From NCBI RefSeq assembly GCF_964194025.1, contig NC_134468.1, positions 5,828,001 to 5,892,000 of the forward strand: DNA of 64,000 nucleotides, read 5' to 3'. Of the stretch, positions 12,171 to 23,629 are shown one piece after another; positions within the stretch are counted from its first letter, which is position 1; each line of letters opens with the position of its first letter. A program made the translations under genes and the position numbers. The notes under the pieces are model-generated. The model searched no databases. It was given only the letters and a program-made list of their open reading frames with translations, and was not told the DNA's origin. Source of the stretch: Convolutriloba macropyga. Taxonomy: Eukaryota.

Positions 12171-12371
12171 TGATAAGTTGTGTATTGATGTGTGAGAGAG
12201 AGAAATATTAATCAATGTTTCAATTGGCGGCAAGATTTGTTACAAATCAGTCGGTTTATATAGCATTATGTTCCCGCAATCATAGCTTAATGGTTGTGAC
12301 ATTCTCAACTCGAACTGTAACTTTTAAATCAAAAATCGGAAAGTATCGGAAGTCATTCTTGACTTCCTTCA
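12171..12371 (-). repeat. 5' LTR (201 bp)
   Basis: TGATAAG...CCTTCA; differs from the 3' LTR only around the (GA)n tract, as far as read by eye. Confidence 0.95.
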
Positions 12372-12459
12372 CTGTTAAAATGATTCTTTTTCTCAATAAC
12401 TTAAACTGTCAGAAAGTTTTTGTTCAAGAGACTTCAAAAAAATGGCTGACGAATTTTTC

Positions 12460-13010
12460 AATTTCACAGCCTTCATAAAAAACAGAAAGCAATTAATGGT
12501 ATTATGTAATTTATTTGGTCTGTCTGTTCTAGAAAACCGGACAAACAGGGTTTCTAACCGGGCCGCCCAACTTTTCATGATGCCAGTTCGTACCGCCACC
12601 ACTGCTGGTCTCAAAATTCGCATTGAAAAGAGGATTTTCAAAAAAATCATGATAAAATAAACAAAAAGTCAGGTCTGATCTTTTATCTATCATTCTTGAT
12701 ATGATACAATTTTCAGGACATTTCTTGTTCAAACGCTTTTCTAAATAATTTCAAACTATCAGAATTATATAGCGCATGAAATATCTCAAATTCATTGTTG
12801 ACCAATTTTACAATTCCACAGCCTTCAAATCAAAACAAAAAATGATTTATGGTATTATCCTATCTCTTTGGTTTGTCCTCTAAAAAACCAGAAAAACAGG
12901 GTTTCCAACTGGGTCGCCCAAATTTTTATATTGATCTCAGTTCCTACCTCCATCACTGCTGATCCCCAACTCGGAATTAAAAACAGGATTTTCATTAAAA
13001 ATCATTATGT
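12460..13010. repeat. Two diverged direct copies of a ~200-bp block, ~350 bp apart
   Basis: AATT(T/C)CACAGCCTTCA...ATGGTATTAT...AAACAGGGTTTC...GCCCAA...CACTGCTG...GGATTTTCA at ~12460-12660 and ~12810-13010. Confidence 0.7.
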
Positions 13011-16000
13011 AAATGATCAACAGTCAGTAAATGGTCCAATCTTTCATCTAGCGTTTTGTGTCAAAAACTTCCATAAAAACCCAACAACCCAAAATAAATA
13101 TTCTTATTAGGTGTTGAGCAATTACAGGCTATCATGGCTGACGACCAAGTTGTAATTATTACAAATTATTCATTAAAACTTTTTCTTTCACCATAAACAT
13201 CTGAATTTGGATTTGAAATAATAAATGGTTAGAAATTGAACGCACTTTCCACCAAATAACCAATTTGGCTCTTCACTTTTCTTGCACTCAGTTCTGATTA
13301 GTCAACTACTCGAAGAAATTTTTATTAGTAACTGAGAAACAGGAATCATTAAAAATTACCTTTTAATTGGGAAAAGCATATTAGTGCTATTTGATAGGCG
13401 TAGATATGACAAGAAATACGGATATGCTTTAAGTGGAAAATTTAATCGTCCAGGTACGCAATTTTTGTTGCCTATTTGGCCTATAAGTTGTTTTTATGAA
13501 ACTGCTATCTTTGTTAAAAACAAATCAAATCAATTATTTCACATGATCAAGAATCAATGATTTCCATATTGTCCTGACCGACAGCTAGAATGTCGCTCGA
13601 ATAGACATACCATTTTGTAAACGGTCTCTAACCGTTTAACCCCCCCAACCCTTTCCTTTATTTTTTAGTGCAAATTTAATGACTTCGTATTCATAATCGC
13701 TGTAAATGTCTTGTCTCTATCTTTGATTTTTCATTATTCACGCTGTCTCTCAAAGCGGATCAGACTTAAGAACACATAACAAAATCTGGCGCATCCTAAG
13801 AAAACGAACTACCGCCTCAAAAAATAGGGACAGTTTAAAATTTTCTGACTCTAAAATTTGAGGAAAACCCCACCACTTAGCTCAATTAAACGTGCAATGG
13901 CTCTTCAAACATTGTGATGCAATCCGCTCAATGTAGTTCCCACATTAGCTAATAATATTGACTGGGGCCTCAATGGGTGGGGCTGCGTGTTCTTTTTTGA
14001 ATCAACGCATAGGCCTTCGTCTGGATTAGTCAAACAAATTCATACACAGGTACCAAACCCTAATTTTTTTATGAAATTGTTGAATGTTTTCCGTTTGAGC
14101 CCCCAGATACTGAGCACGTGTCATTTCACAGTAAATCTTTATGTAAAAAAATAGCACGTACGTCAGTGGTTTGCCAATAAACGGAAAAGACCCTAATTGT
14201 AAGTCTATAACTCTTGACAGTTTTATAATGTGCAGAATTCATCAGAAGGAATAGAAGTTATTTATTGTCAAAAATGAAAAATCATGAAATTCAGAACGGT
14301 TTTGATTTGCTACAAGTTTTAGGGTGATCATAATTATTGCAATAAATAAGTAGTAATAACAAAACGTTGAGTTGGTTTGACCACCAAGATAAAAGACAAT
14401 AGCGGGATTTTTTAAAAAAATACTTGTTAATTGAGTATGTTCTCGATAACTGAGTAAAAGTGTTTTTCTTGAAAAAAAGTAGAAAAATGACTCTATGAGA
14501 TCTTGCAATTATCGAAAAGCGGCCAAATTCCTGCTTTTCAAGTTGAACTTCACAATCAGTCTACACGTCTAATGGAAAATTACCTGTCTTCAAAATTTGG
14601 CTCTCCAAACAATTGTGAATTATGAAAAGAATATTTAAAAAGAAGTTCAGAACCGTAATAAATTTAAATCAATCACTGGTGCATTAAAAGTCTTCAGTGG
14701 ATAATAATAGAGTATTCAAAGATGATTTCTATTAGTAATTAGATAAACATATGTAATGGTTCTGTTTTGCTGCGTATATCTGCCCCCACCATAACAGCGA
14801 CTGACAGTGGAGGAACAATTGACTTGTGAAAAATCTGACGAAGATCGGCGTAACTTCATTAAAACTGAGCTCATTCTTAATAGAGGCGTTTTGTTACAGA
14901 TCAAACCGTTGTCTAATCAATTTTGTGAGAGCGTTTTTTAAACTTATTGGAGGAGAATAAGTATGTGAAAAACTATTTGCTACATGCAGTCTCCGATTAA
15001 ATTTAAATTGGTGTCTCTGTAGGCAGCTTTGGCTATTGGAAAATAGAGTTTTCGTGTTTTTTCCACAGGACGGCTATAATTGACAACAAAATTGGTGACA
15101 ACAATAAGAAATAGAACAAAAATGGATTTTTTCATTGAAAAAGAATTAAAGGTGCGTAGCCAACATGGGATTTGCTACATTTTAGTTTATAGCTTCTTGG
15201 CCTTATGTGAATTTTCGTAGCTCGTTTTTCATCCTAACATATCTGGGAAAACAATTTTAACTGAATCAATTTTCCTCTTAATTACTCATTAAGAATTTTA
15301 TAGACGGTATTGCAACCATCGGTTAAACACTGATGAATTGTCTTCGCTATCTTAAGGTTTTCTAAAGAAAATGAAATTATTAAAGTTTGTAAAAAATGCT
15401 GTGAAATTCAGTAAAAATAGCGCTGAATGACAGTCTATAAAAATGAGGATATTTTGCCAGTTAAACGGAGAAGAGAACTTTCAATATTAAGAACACCACT
15501 CCTATAAAAATATTTTTCCGTGAATGATCTTACAGCAAAGACAAATTGTAAAAAATCTGTTTTCATCTGAAAGCTATTTACTACAATTTAACGCTAACTG
15601 ACAACGAAAAATGAAAGCGGTAAATCTTCCATTAAACAACGGTGTCAAGAAAAACAAATCTTGCGTACGTTTTGCCAGAAACTTCGGCCAGAGTGGTGAA
15701 AAATATGCTTCACAATATTGATGCAATTCAGTTTTTTTGTATCCTATCAGAAGGTGAAATTTCTAACTGTTAAATAAATTCAGTTTTTGATCGGTTACCG
15801 CAAACTGAAGTATACCGGACAGTATAACGCAGGTCAAAGTGTCTAGACCGACTATACTTCTGATCAGACCATCTTTGAGTGCACGCCTGTTCATGGTGCG
15901 ATCGAATTACATGGTCTAGAAATAATTTTGAACGAACTTTAGTCCAGACAATGGTCTGAAAACTTGTCTAATGAGAGGCGGATTAGAAAAATTTTTTTTA

Positions 16001-16746
16001 ACGAGAGATGATTGCTCAGCCAAGAGGCAACAGAACAGCAGCGTTCAGGTTCTCAGACTCATCTAGAATCTGATAGTTCTGGTCAGAACCAAGGGGTACA
16101 GCTCATAGAAAATACCGGTCCCCTTAGAAGAAATGTTGATCAACTGTAGATCAAAACATTTTTAATGAAATGGCTTCTAAGTGCATCAATTGAGCCAGAA
16201 ACCTACCCCACGAATAAGCTTATTTCTTTTTCATTAACAATAAGCTTAGACTTGGCCTTTTCTTAGTTGAATTAATTACTGAAAACGGCAGTTTGTATTA
16301 ACTGAACATTTTATAGCGAAATTGAGTCTGATCAGAAACCATTTCGAGCTCACTGATCATAAGCAAATCCGAGTGCACATTATTCTGATCAGGAGCAATT
16401 TTCGATCCTGCGGTACTCTGATCAGAGGAGGCTTTCCAATGCGATTCAAGCGCACAACGAATTTCGAGCGGAGGATGGATAGATTAGAAGTCATTTCGGT
16501 CTGTGTCGGGGTCCGATCAGAGGTCACTTTTACCTGGGACGGTCTGATCATAGAAGATTTCGACCTGAATCTCAACCTGAGAAGGGACTGAACTGAGGAG
16601 TACAAAGTATTCAAGTACTAAGTACTCATTTACTTTTCAACACATTCTGAATGACTGGACTTTCAACCATAGCGGATTTACAGTTCAAAACCGCAATAAA
16701 ATAGCATGAAAAATGATTTTTTGGCAATTTTTCTCATTTCAATCAG

Positions 16747-17392
16747 GTACTTCGCTGTATGTTGGTCAACAAGGGCACAACGGATTATGAGCCGCAATGT
16801 TAAAATCATTTGTGCAGCCGCCATAACTTTGATTCTCATTTCGATATACATTTCTGCGCCCTTGAGAACAGTTTTGGTGTATGACAATGGCAAGGGTCGA
16901 CTTCAGTGCGACGCAATGATGTACAAATCAGCGTTCAGAAAGGTCATTGTTGACACGGTTGTATTCTACTGTGGACCAGCATTCATTTCACTTGTTCTTT
17001 ATATTAGAGTTGGCGCGATTCTTTTGAAAACAAAAAGCAAACAAGCTGTTCGCAATAGAAATCTCACTATCGCTCTGTTGTTTTCTACTCTGTACTGGAT
17101 AGCTTGCTGGTTCCCAGCTACTTTTCAGACCGTTAGGGCCAGCATAACATTCGAATCGCAGTACGATTTCTTCGGACAGAAGTTCTCCTATTATATTTTC
17201 GAAGAAGCTTGTATACTATTGTTGCTATCGCATGCATACATAAACCCAATAATATTGATGTTTGTATCTCGAAAATTCCAGCAACCAATGCGAAGGTGGT
17301 TTAACAGGAGCGTCTCTACGAAATTCTCGAAGCTTTTTTCAACGACTTCAAGCGGAAGTACATCACAGCCACAAATGTCATCAAACAATTGA
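16747..17392 (+). CDS. Class A GPCR, last exon (end of TM3 to C-terminus)
   Basis: Acceptor tttctcatttcaatcag|G TAC TTC. Joining to 7030 gives DRYFAVCW. Also ECL2 Cys (LQCD), TM5 FYCGPAFISLVLY, TM6 CWFP, TM7 YINPIILMF, Ser/Thr-rich tail, TGA at 17390-17392. Confidence 0.9.
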
Positions 17393-17451
17393 AAAAAAAA
17401 AAAACAAAACAAAATAAGCCCATAACAGAACGTGTGAAAAACAATTATATG

Positions 17452-17651
17452 NNNNNNNNNNNNNNNNNNNNNNNNNNNNNNNNNNNNNNNNNNNNNNNNN
17501 NNNNNNNNNNNNNNNNNNNNNNNNNNNNNNNNNNNNNNNNNNNNNNNNNNNNNNNNNNNNNNNNNNNNNNNNNNNNNNNNNNNNNNNNNNNNNNNNNNNN
17601 NNNNNNNNNNNNNNNNNNNNNNNNNNNNNNNNNNNNNNNNNNNNNNNNNNN
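17452..17651. other. Assembly gap (200 N)
   Basis: Run of N; the round length suggests a placeholder size. Confidence 0.99.
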
Positions 17652-17870
17652 CAACCGCTCGCCGGTCGTTTGAGAGCAATTCGCCCGACGTTAGTCGGTT
17701 ATGTTTATGTTTTTGTTCTACAACGTTCTCTGACTTCTCCAGTGATTGTTCACGTTTTTATTCCTCATTTTTGAGTGATCTTATATGCTCACTCAGAAAT
17801 AGCTAATTGCTAAAATAAAGGCAATTGCCGGAATGAACAAGGCAATTTATAAAGGAATTTGAATGAACAA

Positions 17871-17944
17871 GAGCGCGACAGCCGAGTGTTTGATTCGTCT
17901 CTCGAGAACTCCGGAGGTCGGTGGTTCGAATCCCTCCCTGTTCA
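17871..17944 (+). pseudogene. tRNA-like sequence (degenerate)
   Basis: A-box-like CAGCCGAGTG, B box GGTTCGAATCC at 17923-17933, followed by T6. Confidence 0.55.
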
Positions 17945-18046
17945 GACTTTTTTGCACCCAGAAAGAAATTATCTAGGCTGCAGCCTCTAATTAATTGGAC
18001 CTACCTGTGGTTCGATAGCAAATATCCCAGGTTAGTCAGTTTATGT

Positions 18047-19418
18047 TTAATCGCCGCCCTCATCTTTTCAGCCGGCTATTATAGCGCTCCTATTTTTTCT
18101 ACTTCGCCTATTAAAAATTTGTCTCGCTTTACCTTAGTTCTTCTTGCTATAGCTGCGAAGCTTTAAGCTGAGCGTAGCTATATTGCGGTGCTCTTGGTTT
18201 TTTTTTGTTTCGTCGTCTGACGCTCTTTTTTCGTTTTACATTTGTTCACACAGCAAAGCTGAAAATGACTCAAATTTTCTGAATGACTTCTTCCTCTCAC
18301 TAACGGCATTTGCGCGCGTGACGTCATTTCTCACTCGCTCTAGCGAAAGTTTTTAGGTTATTTGCGTGATTAGATTTTGATCATACGTGACTTACCTCCC
18401 TCAATAAAATGACTTTTGCACTTTAAAAACTTAAGCTTCGTTTGAATTTGATTAAGGTCAAATGAACTCATATGTGCAGTAAAGGTCCTTAACAGTGTCC
18501 TTCTGTGGAATGAATTTTAACAAGCTTTATCAATTTATCGCTGAATGTTTTTTACAAAGTTTTTAAGCGGCGTCGATTTTTTTCAATTTAGATCTGTATC
18601 TCTTTCTATCTCTATTATATGGCACGCAGGTCTATTCTTTCGCAGCTATTCCGGCAATCTGCCGGCTATGTTTCAACATTTTGCGTAAAATCTTTTGAGT
18701 TCTCCAGGCTACTTTCACTCTTCTCTCATTCTACTCAAAGTGCTTTTAAACAGCACTTGCTCAGTATATCAATCTAACGTGAGAAGAATCAGTATCGAAA
18801 AATGAAATGAAAATGAAAAAGGATTAAACCATAGAGACAATTTTTAGTTGCCCGCTTCTAATTATTTTAAATTTTTTGGTTTTTGCGCATATAGGGTCAT
18901 GGGTTTTTGTTTTAGTTTAGCATTGCGTTAAAATTGTTAAGTGTCAAGTCATTACTTAATTCAATTCCTCTGATTGTAATTTCACACATGTCCTGCTATG
19001 GTTTTTTACTTCATCGTACAGAATTTTTTTCGCTTTGCCTTAGTTCACAGCTTGCTCGACATCTTACGTGAAATCTTTTTGACGTCTCTCGGCTTGTTTC
19101 ACTCTTCTCTCATTCTACTCAAAATGTTTTTAACAGCAGTTAGTCAACAAATCAATCTACGGTGAGAAGAATCAGTATCGAAAAACGAAATCAGAATGAA
19201 AATGGGATAAACCCATAAAGCACAATTTTAGATGCAGGCAATTTGAACTTCGTTTTGATAAGTCTTAGTTAACACCTCTAATGCTTTTTGGCATTGATAC
19301 TACAATCAATTTTTATCAATTTTTTTGGCATACAATTGATTTTGTCAGTTTTTCTGTTCCTTCAAGCGCTATCGGTGTTATGAGAATCAATGGCGGCTAT
19401 TTTTCGGCAACTATCTTT
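18047..19418 (+). mobile_element. HINE family B (contains a family A copy)
   Basis: 5' ATCGCCGCC...CAGCCGGCTATTATAGCGCTCCT; 3' AATCAATGGCGGCTAT with a truncated hairpin. Confidence 0.65.
18148..18673 (+). mobile_element. HINE/DINE-1-like non-autonomous Helentron, family A
   Basis: 5' ATAGCTGCGAA...AGCTAT; 3' TTCGCAGCTAT + hairpin CCGGCA-ATC-TGCCGG + CTATGTTT. Confidence 0.8.
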
Positions 19419-19724
19419 GAGGTGTGTTTTAAAACTTTATCTAATTTATTAATTATATTATTAATGTTTCTGGCAGTCAGTAACCGAAAAAATGGATTGC
19501 ATTGTAACGATCTGCTTCCTAGAATATGAAACAACTCTCAATTTTGAGCTAGAAATGGTGATTATTGAATAAAGTTGGAATCGTAGATTCTGTGATTTCT
19601 TGGAACCATGATTTAGAAATTAGCATGGCTACGGTCAAGCAGTGTGCCCAAGTTTCAAGAAAAACATCTTTTACATCTATAGACTAATTTAAATGTAAAA
19701 TTTCAAATCTTATCTGTTTTGTAG

Positions 19725-19890
19725 CAAAAAGAGCGTTATCCAAGCTGAGACAACCGATGGAGGCGTATCGTGTATGCAATGAGTTTTTGCTGCTGTGGAA
19801 GCGCATGGAGTTCCTTAGAATGAATTGGGCCTTAAATCGACTAGGAAGCGTGAAAAAGTTGACACGTGTTTCGGAGTTCAAAGAGTTTAC
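19725..19890 (+). CDS. CCDC162-like coiled-coil protein, first visible (internal) exon
   Basis: tgttttgtag|CA AAA AGA...TTT AC|gtgagt; KRALSKLRQPMEAYRVCNEFLLLWKRMEFLRMNWALNRLG. FLLLWKxxExxxxxW recalled from CCDC162 proteins. Confidence 0.85.
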
Positions 19891-20235
19891 GTGAGTTAAT
19901 TTTGATTTTTTTTAATGTTCTGAGGTATCCAATGTAATGTATATTACGACTCCCTTCTTTCTTTATATTTACCTTATAGTAAATAACATCATATTTTCTA
20001 AGGTGCTATTCCCATACTGTGGTCTAACTACTATGTCATTAGAAGACAGAATTAAACCAATCAAAGTTCAGCATGGTCTAAATAGACATTTCAGGTCTAG
20101 CAAGGATTATTTCAGTTTATCCAGGACCAACTTTGTCGATTTTGAATTGTGTATTGTCTATTTAATATTTGTTTCTGCTGTTAATAGCAATTTACTTAAA
20201 TAACGCAACTTTTCCTGCCAAATTTTTCACTTCAG

Positions 20236-20389
20236 GAGTCTGTATCGGCGAGACATTTTCTACCCGACTGTGAGGACACTGGCTAAGAAGTACAACCAGC
20301 TGGACCACTATCTGAACACGACCATCAGTGACACTGATCCCATCACCATTCCAAGAGGATGCTCAGAAGTGGAGCTTAGACTCAAACTG
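20236..20389 (+). CDS. CCDC162-like exon 2
   Basis: cacttcag|G AGT CTG...AAA CTG|gtcagt; phase-2 join is consistent; SLYRRDIFYPTVRTLAKK...GCSEVELRLKL. Confidence 0.87.
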
Positions 20390-21094
20390 GTCAGTTAGTT
20401 AACTTCATCTGTAATTAAAAGCCGCCGTCAGCATCTCAAAACTGCTATTATTTAGGCGCTCTCCTTTTTTTACTATTCAAAGAATTTGAATTGTATTTGG
20501 GCGCTGTCTTTTTTTTTGAGATTTGTTCACACATTTTCATGATTTCTGAAGTCAAATTGGAGTTGTGATTTTGGTCACGCCGAAGCAGGAAATGGAACGA
20601 AAAAGCGAGTGGTTTTGTGACGTTAAATGTCTTCATTCTAATTTTAAAGTAGAGTGAGAAAACATTCCATTCCAATCCATTCTTAATTCATTCTAGGCCT
20701 AGTTGTTTGTTTGAACCAAATTTCTCTTTCTCGGTAGTAGTTTTTTGTTCACATGCGGCATTTTGACATTGATTTTTAGTTTTTTTAAAAAAACTAGCAG
20801 GCCCGCAAAAGTATAACAAGATCTTTTGAAAAATAGAAGTTTTAAAATTCATTTCTTGTACTACCTCGGGCTGGAACACAAGCCCTTCGTTCAACAGCCA
20901 TAGGTATTACGTTACGTTACTGATGTGTTTAGTTTAGTATAATACCCCCAAATACCAGCAATTTTGTGTTCAACTTTTTTTGGCTTTGCTGACTCTTGTA
21001 ATTAAGGAGCGCTAAGACTTGAACAGATAACGAAATTCTAAATGGTGTCGTAGCGTAACGCATGTAATACGTTAGGCTGCATTTTTAAGGAGCG

Positions 21095-22700
21095 TAAAAA
21101 AGAAACGATATGGAGGGAGAGAAAATAGAAAAAAGGAAGAAAAGAAAGACAGAAAGGAATGAGAAAAGAAAGAAACGAAAGGGCGAAACCAGACAGAAGA
21201 CAAAGGAGACAGAAAAAAGGGCAGCAAAACAGAAAAAAAACGAAAAAAGACAGAAAAGAAAGGAGGAGAAAAAGAGAAAAGCAAGAGAAAACGAGAGAAA
21301 AACGACCAAAAATAGAGAGAAAAGATGGGGAGACGAAAGAGAAAAAAGTCAGAAAAGACAAATGAAACAGAGAAAAAAAACAAACGAAAAAAGGAGAGCA
21401 AGAGAGAAGAAAGAGAAACACAGGAGGGAAAAGAAAAAAGAGGGACAGAAAAGAAAGAGAAAAAAAGAGAAGCAAAAGAGAAAATAAATCGAGAAGCGAA
21501 AGACAGAAAAGAAAGAGACAAAAGACAGAAAAGCGAAAAAGAAAAGAGAAAAACAAGAGAGAAGTAAGAGAGAAAAACAGGAGAGAGAGAGAGAGCGAGA
21601 GAGAAAAGGCGAAAGAAAAGAAAGAAGAGAATGAGAGAGAGGAAAGAAACAAATGAGAAAAGAAAGGAAGAAAAGAACAGAAAGGAAAGAGTTACAAGAA
21701 AGAGAGAAGAGACAGAAATGAAAGACAGGAAAGAGGAAAGCAAGATAAAAGAAAAAGAAATCAAGAGGGAAAAAAGACAGAAAAACATAAAGCGATAGAA
21801 AAAAGAAAAACAGAAAGGAAGGAGAAAAGAACGAGAAAATAAAGAGAAAGGACAGAGGAACGAAAGAGAAAACGAATGAAAACAAACGGAGGCAGGAAAA
21901 TTAACAGAAAAAAAAAACAGGCGAAATCAATAAAGAAAGAAACGAAAAACAGAAAAGAAAAAGCGAAGAGAAGCGACAGAAAACAAAGAGGGAAAAGAAA
22001 GCAGAAAAAAGAACAGATCGAAAGAGAAAAAAGAACAGAAAAAAAGAGAGAAAAGAAAGCAGAAAAAAGAACAGAACGAATGAGACAGAAAACAAAAACA
22101 AAAAACCAAAAGAGGCAGAAAAGACTAACAGAAAGAAATGAGAGAAAAGAAAGAAAAAAACAAAAGAGAGAAAAGCAAAAGAAAAAAAGACAGAAAAGTA
22201 CGCTAGAAAAAAAGAGAGAAGCTAAAGAGGAACAAAAGAGAGAAAGGATGAGAAAAAAGGCAGAAAACAACAGAAAAGAGAAAACAAAGAGAAAAGAAAA
22301 GCAGAGAAGAAAGAGTACAGTAAGACAGAAAAGAAATAGAAAGGAAAGAGGAAAGAACGACAAGCTAAAGAGAGGAACGAAAAAGAGAAAAACCGTTAAG
22401 AAACTAACAGGAGAAAAGAAAGAATAAAAAAGAGAAAAGAAACGCAGACAAGTAAAGAAAAAGACAGAAAAAAAGCAGAACGGCAGAAAAGATAGAGAGA
22501 AAAGCAAAAAAGAAGAGATAAAGAAAGGAAAAAAGAGAAGAGAAAGTGAAAGGAAAGATAAAAAACAGAAAAGACAGAGAAAAATAAATATAACCAAAAA
22601 CAAAACAAATGAAGGAGAAAATAAAAAGAAAGGAGGAGCAAAAAAAGAAAGAAACGGGAGAGAAAAGATCTTCCTTCGAAAGTAAAAAAGAAAAATAGAC
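21095..22700. repeat. ~1.6-kb A/G-rich low-complexity tract
   Basis: Non-periodic mix of AAAG, AGAG and ACAGAAA with very few T on the plus strand. Confidence 0.95.
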
Positions 22701-23629
22701 CAAATTCTTCACAGCCTAACTTTTGAAAAAAAATTAGCAACAAAAGATTCAGTTCATTAAACTTCAGTTGTTCAAAACTTTTATGAGACTGAGATCAAGC
22801 AAAACTGAAAGCAAAAGAAGCGAAAGATTGTTTAAAAATTTGTCACGCAAACATTCAGCGTAAAAAGTTCCGATTAAAGACATCAGCGGCTATCCAGTCA
22901 TTGACCTTTATTGCATAAATTACTTTTCGGTCACCGACGTTTTGACAATGACAGCTTTTCGGTCATAGGCAGCTTTTCCAAAAATGAACCATTTTTACAT
23001 TCAGTATTAAGTCATTGACCTTTACGGCATAGGTAACTTTTCGGTCATTTACTTTTTGGCAAGGTCAAGTTTTCAGTCATTGACCTTTTTCAAAATACAT
23101 GCGAATCAAAACGCTTTGATGTATATTTAAGAGGCCTTGAAACATGTGAAGATTAGGAGCTTAAACATGGTGGTATAGGTATTCGAATTATTTTTAATAT
23201 GTAGATTGATAGAAGATAGATAGTGACAAGAGAAAGGCATGGAACACAAAAAATTGTGAAAGGAGGGAATTGGAGAAAGTAGAAACGGATGCGACGTTAA
23301 TGAACAAAAATCCCGATAAATACGCGGCTCATCTGTTTCTTAGCTCAACTCATTGCGCTTTTGACTCTTAACTCACATACCCCGGCTCGAATCCGACTGT
23401 TGGCAGTCGGTTTTTGCCGAAAAGCACGTTTAGGGGCTGTTAAACATGTAAAAATTAGGAGCTTAAACATTGTGCCTTTTATGTCGACACTGAATTAATA
23501 TATAGATTTTGGATCTGAATTTTTTTGGAAATGATTTCCCCAATTCATTCATTGTCCGTTCTAGGTCTAGTTTTTGTTTCTCCAATGAAAATTCTTTGAA
23601 TTGTACTTCAGGATTTGTCCTGCTGTTTT

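Larger units (their letters stand above)
7170..12371 (-). mobile_element. Full-length, frameshifted Ty1/copia LTR retrotransposon in the GPCR intron
   Basis: Paired TG...CA LTRs, domain order gag-PR-INT-RT-RH, PPT next to the 3' LTR, flanks TTGTT (7165-7169) and CTGTT (12372-12376) as a 5-bp TSD with one mismatch. Confidence 0.96.

Noticed and set aside
11811-12233. Extra ORFs in the copia leader
   Set aside because: Low-complexity repeats overlapping the LTR; no domain evidence.
14900-15800. Possible decayed ORF in the GPCR intron
   Set aside because: Frequent stops in the frames examined and no recognisable motif.
17191-17679. ORFs spanning the N-run
   Set aside because: Created by the assembly gap.
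18148-18673. Classical MITE interpretation of families A-C
   Set aside because: The 3' inverted repeat is subterminal and followed by a separate hairpin, and no TSD is evident.
21038-22743. Many 100-280 aa K/R/E-rich or F/S/L-rich ORFs
   Set aside because: Artefacts of a T-poor purine tract: open in several frames on both strands, with no splice context.
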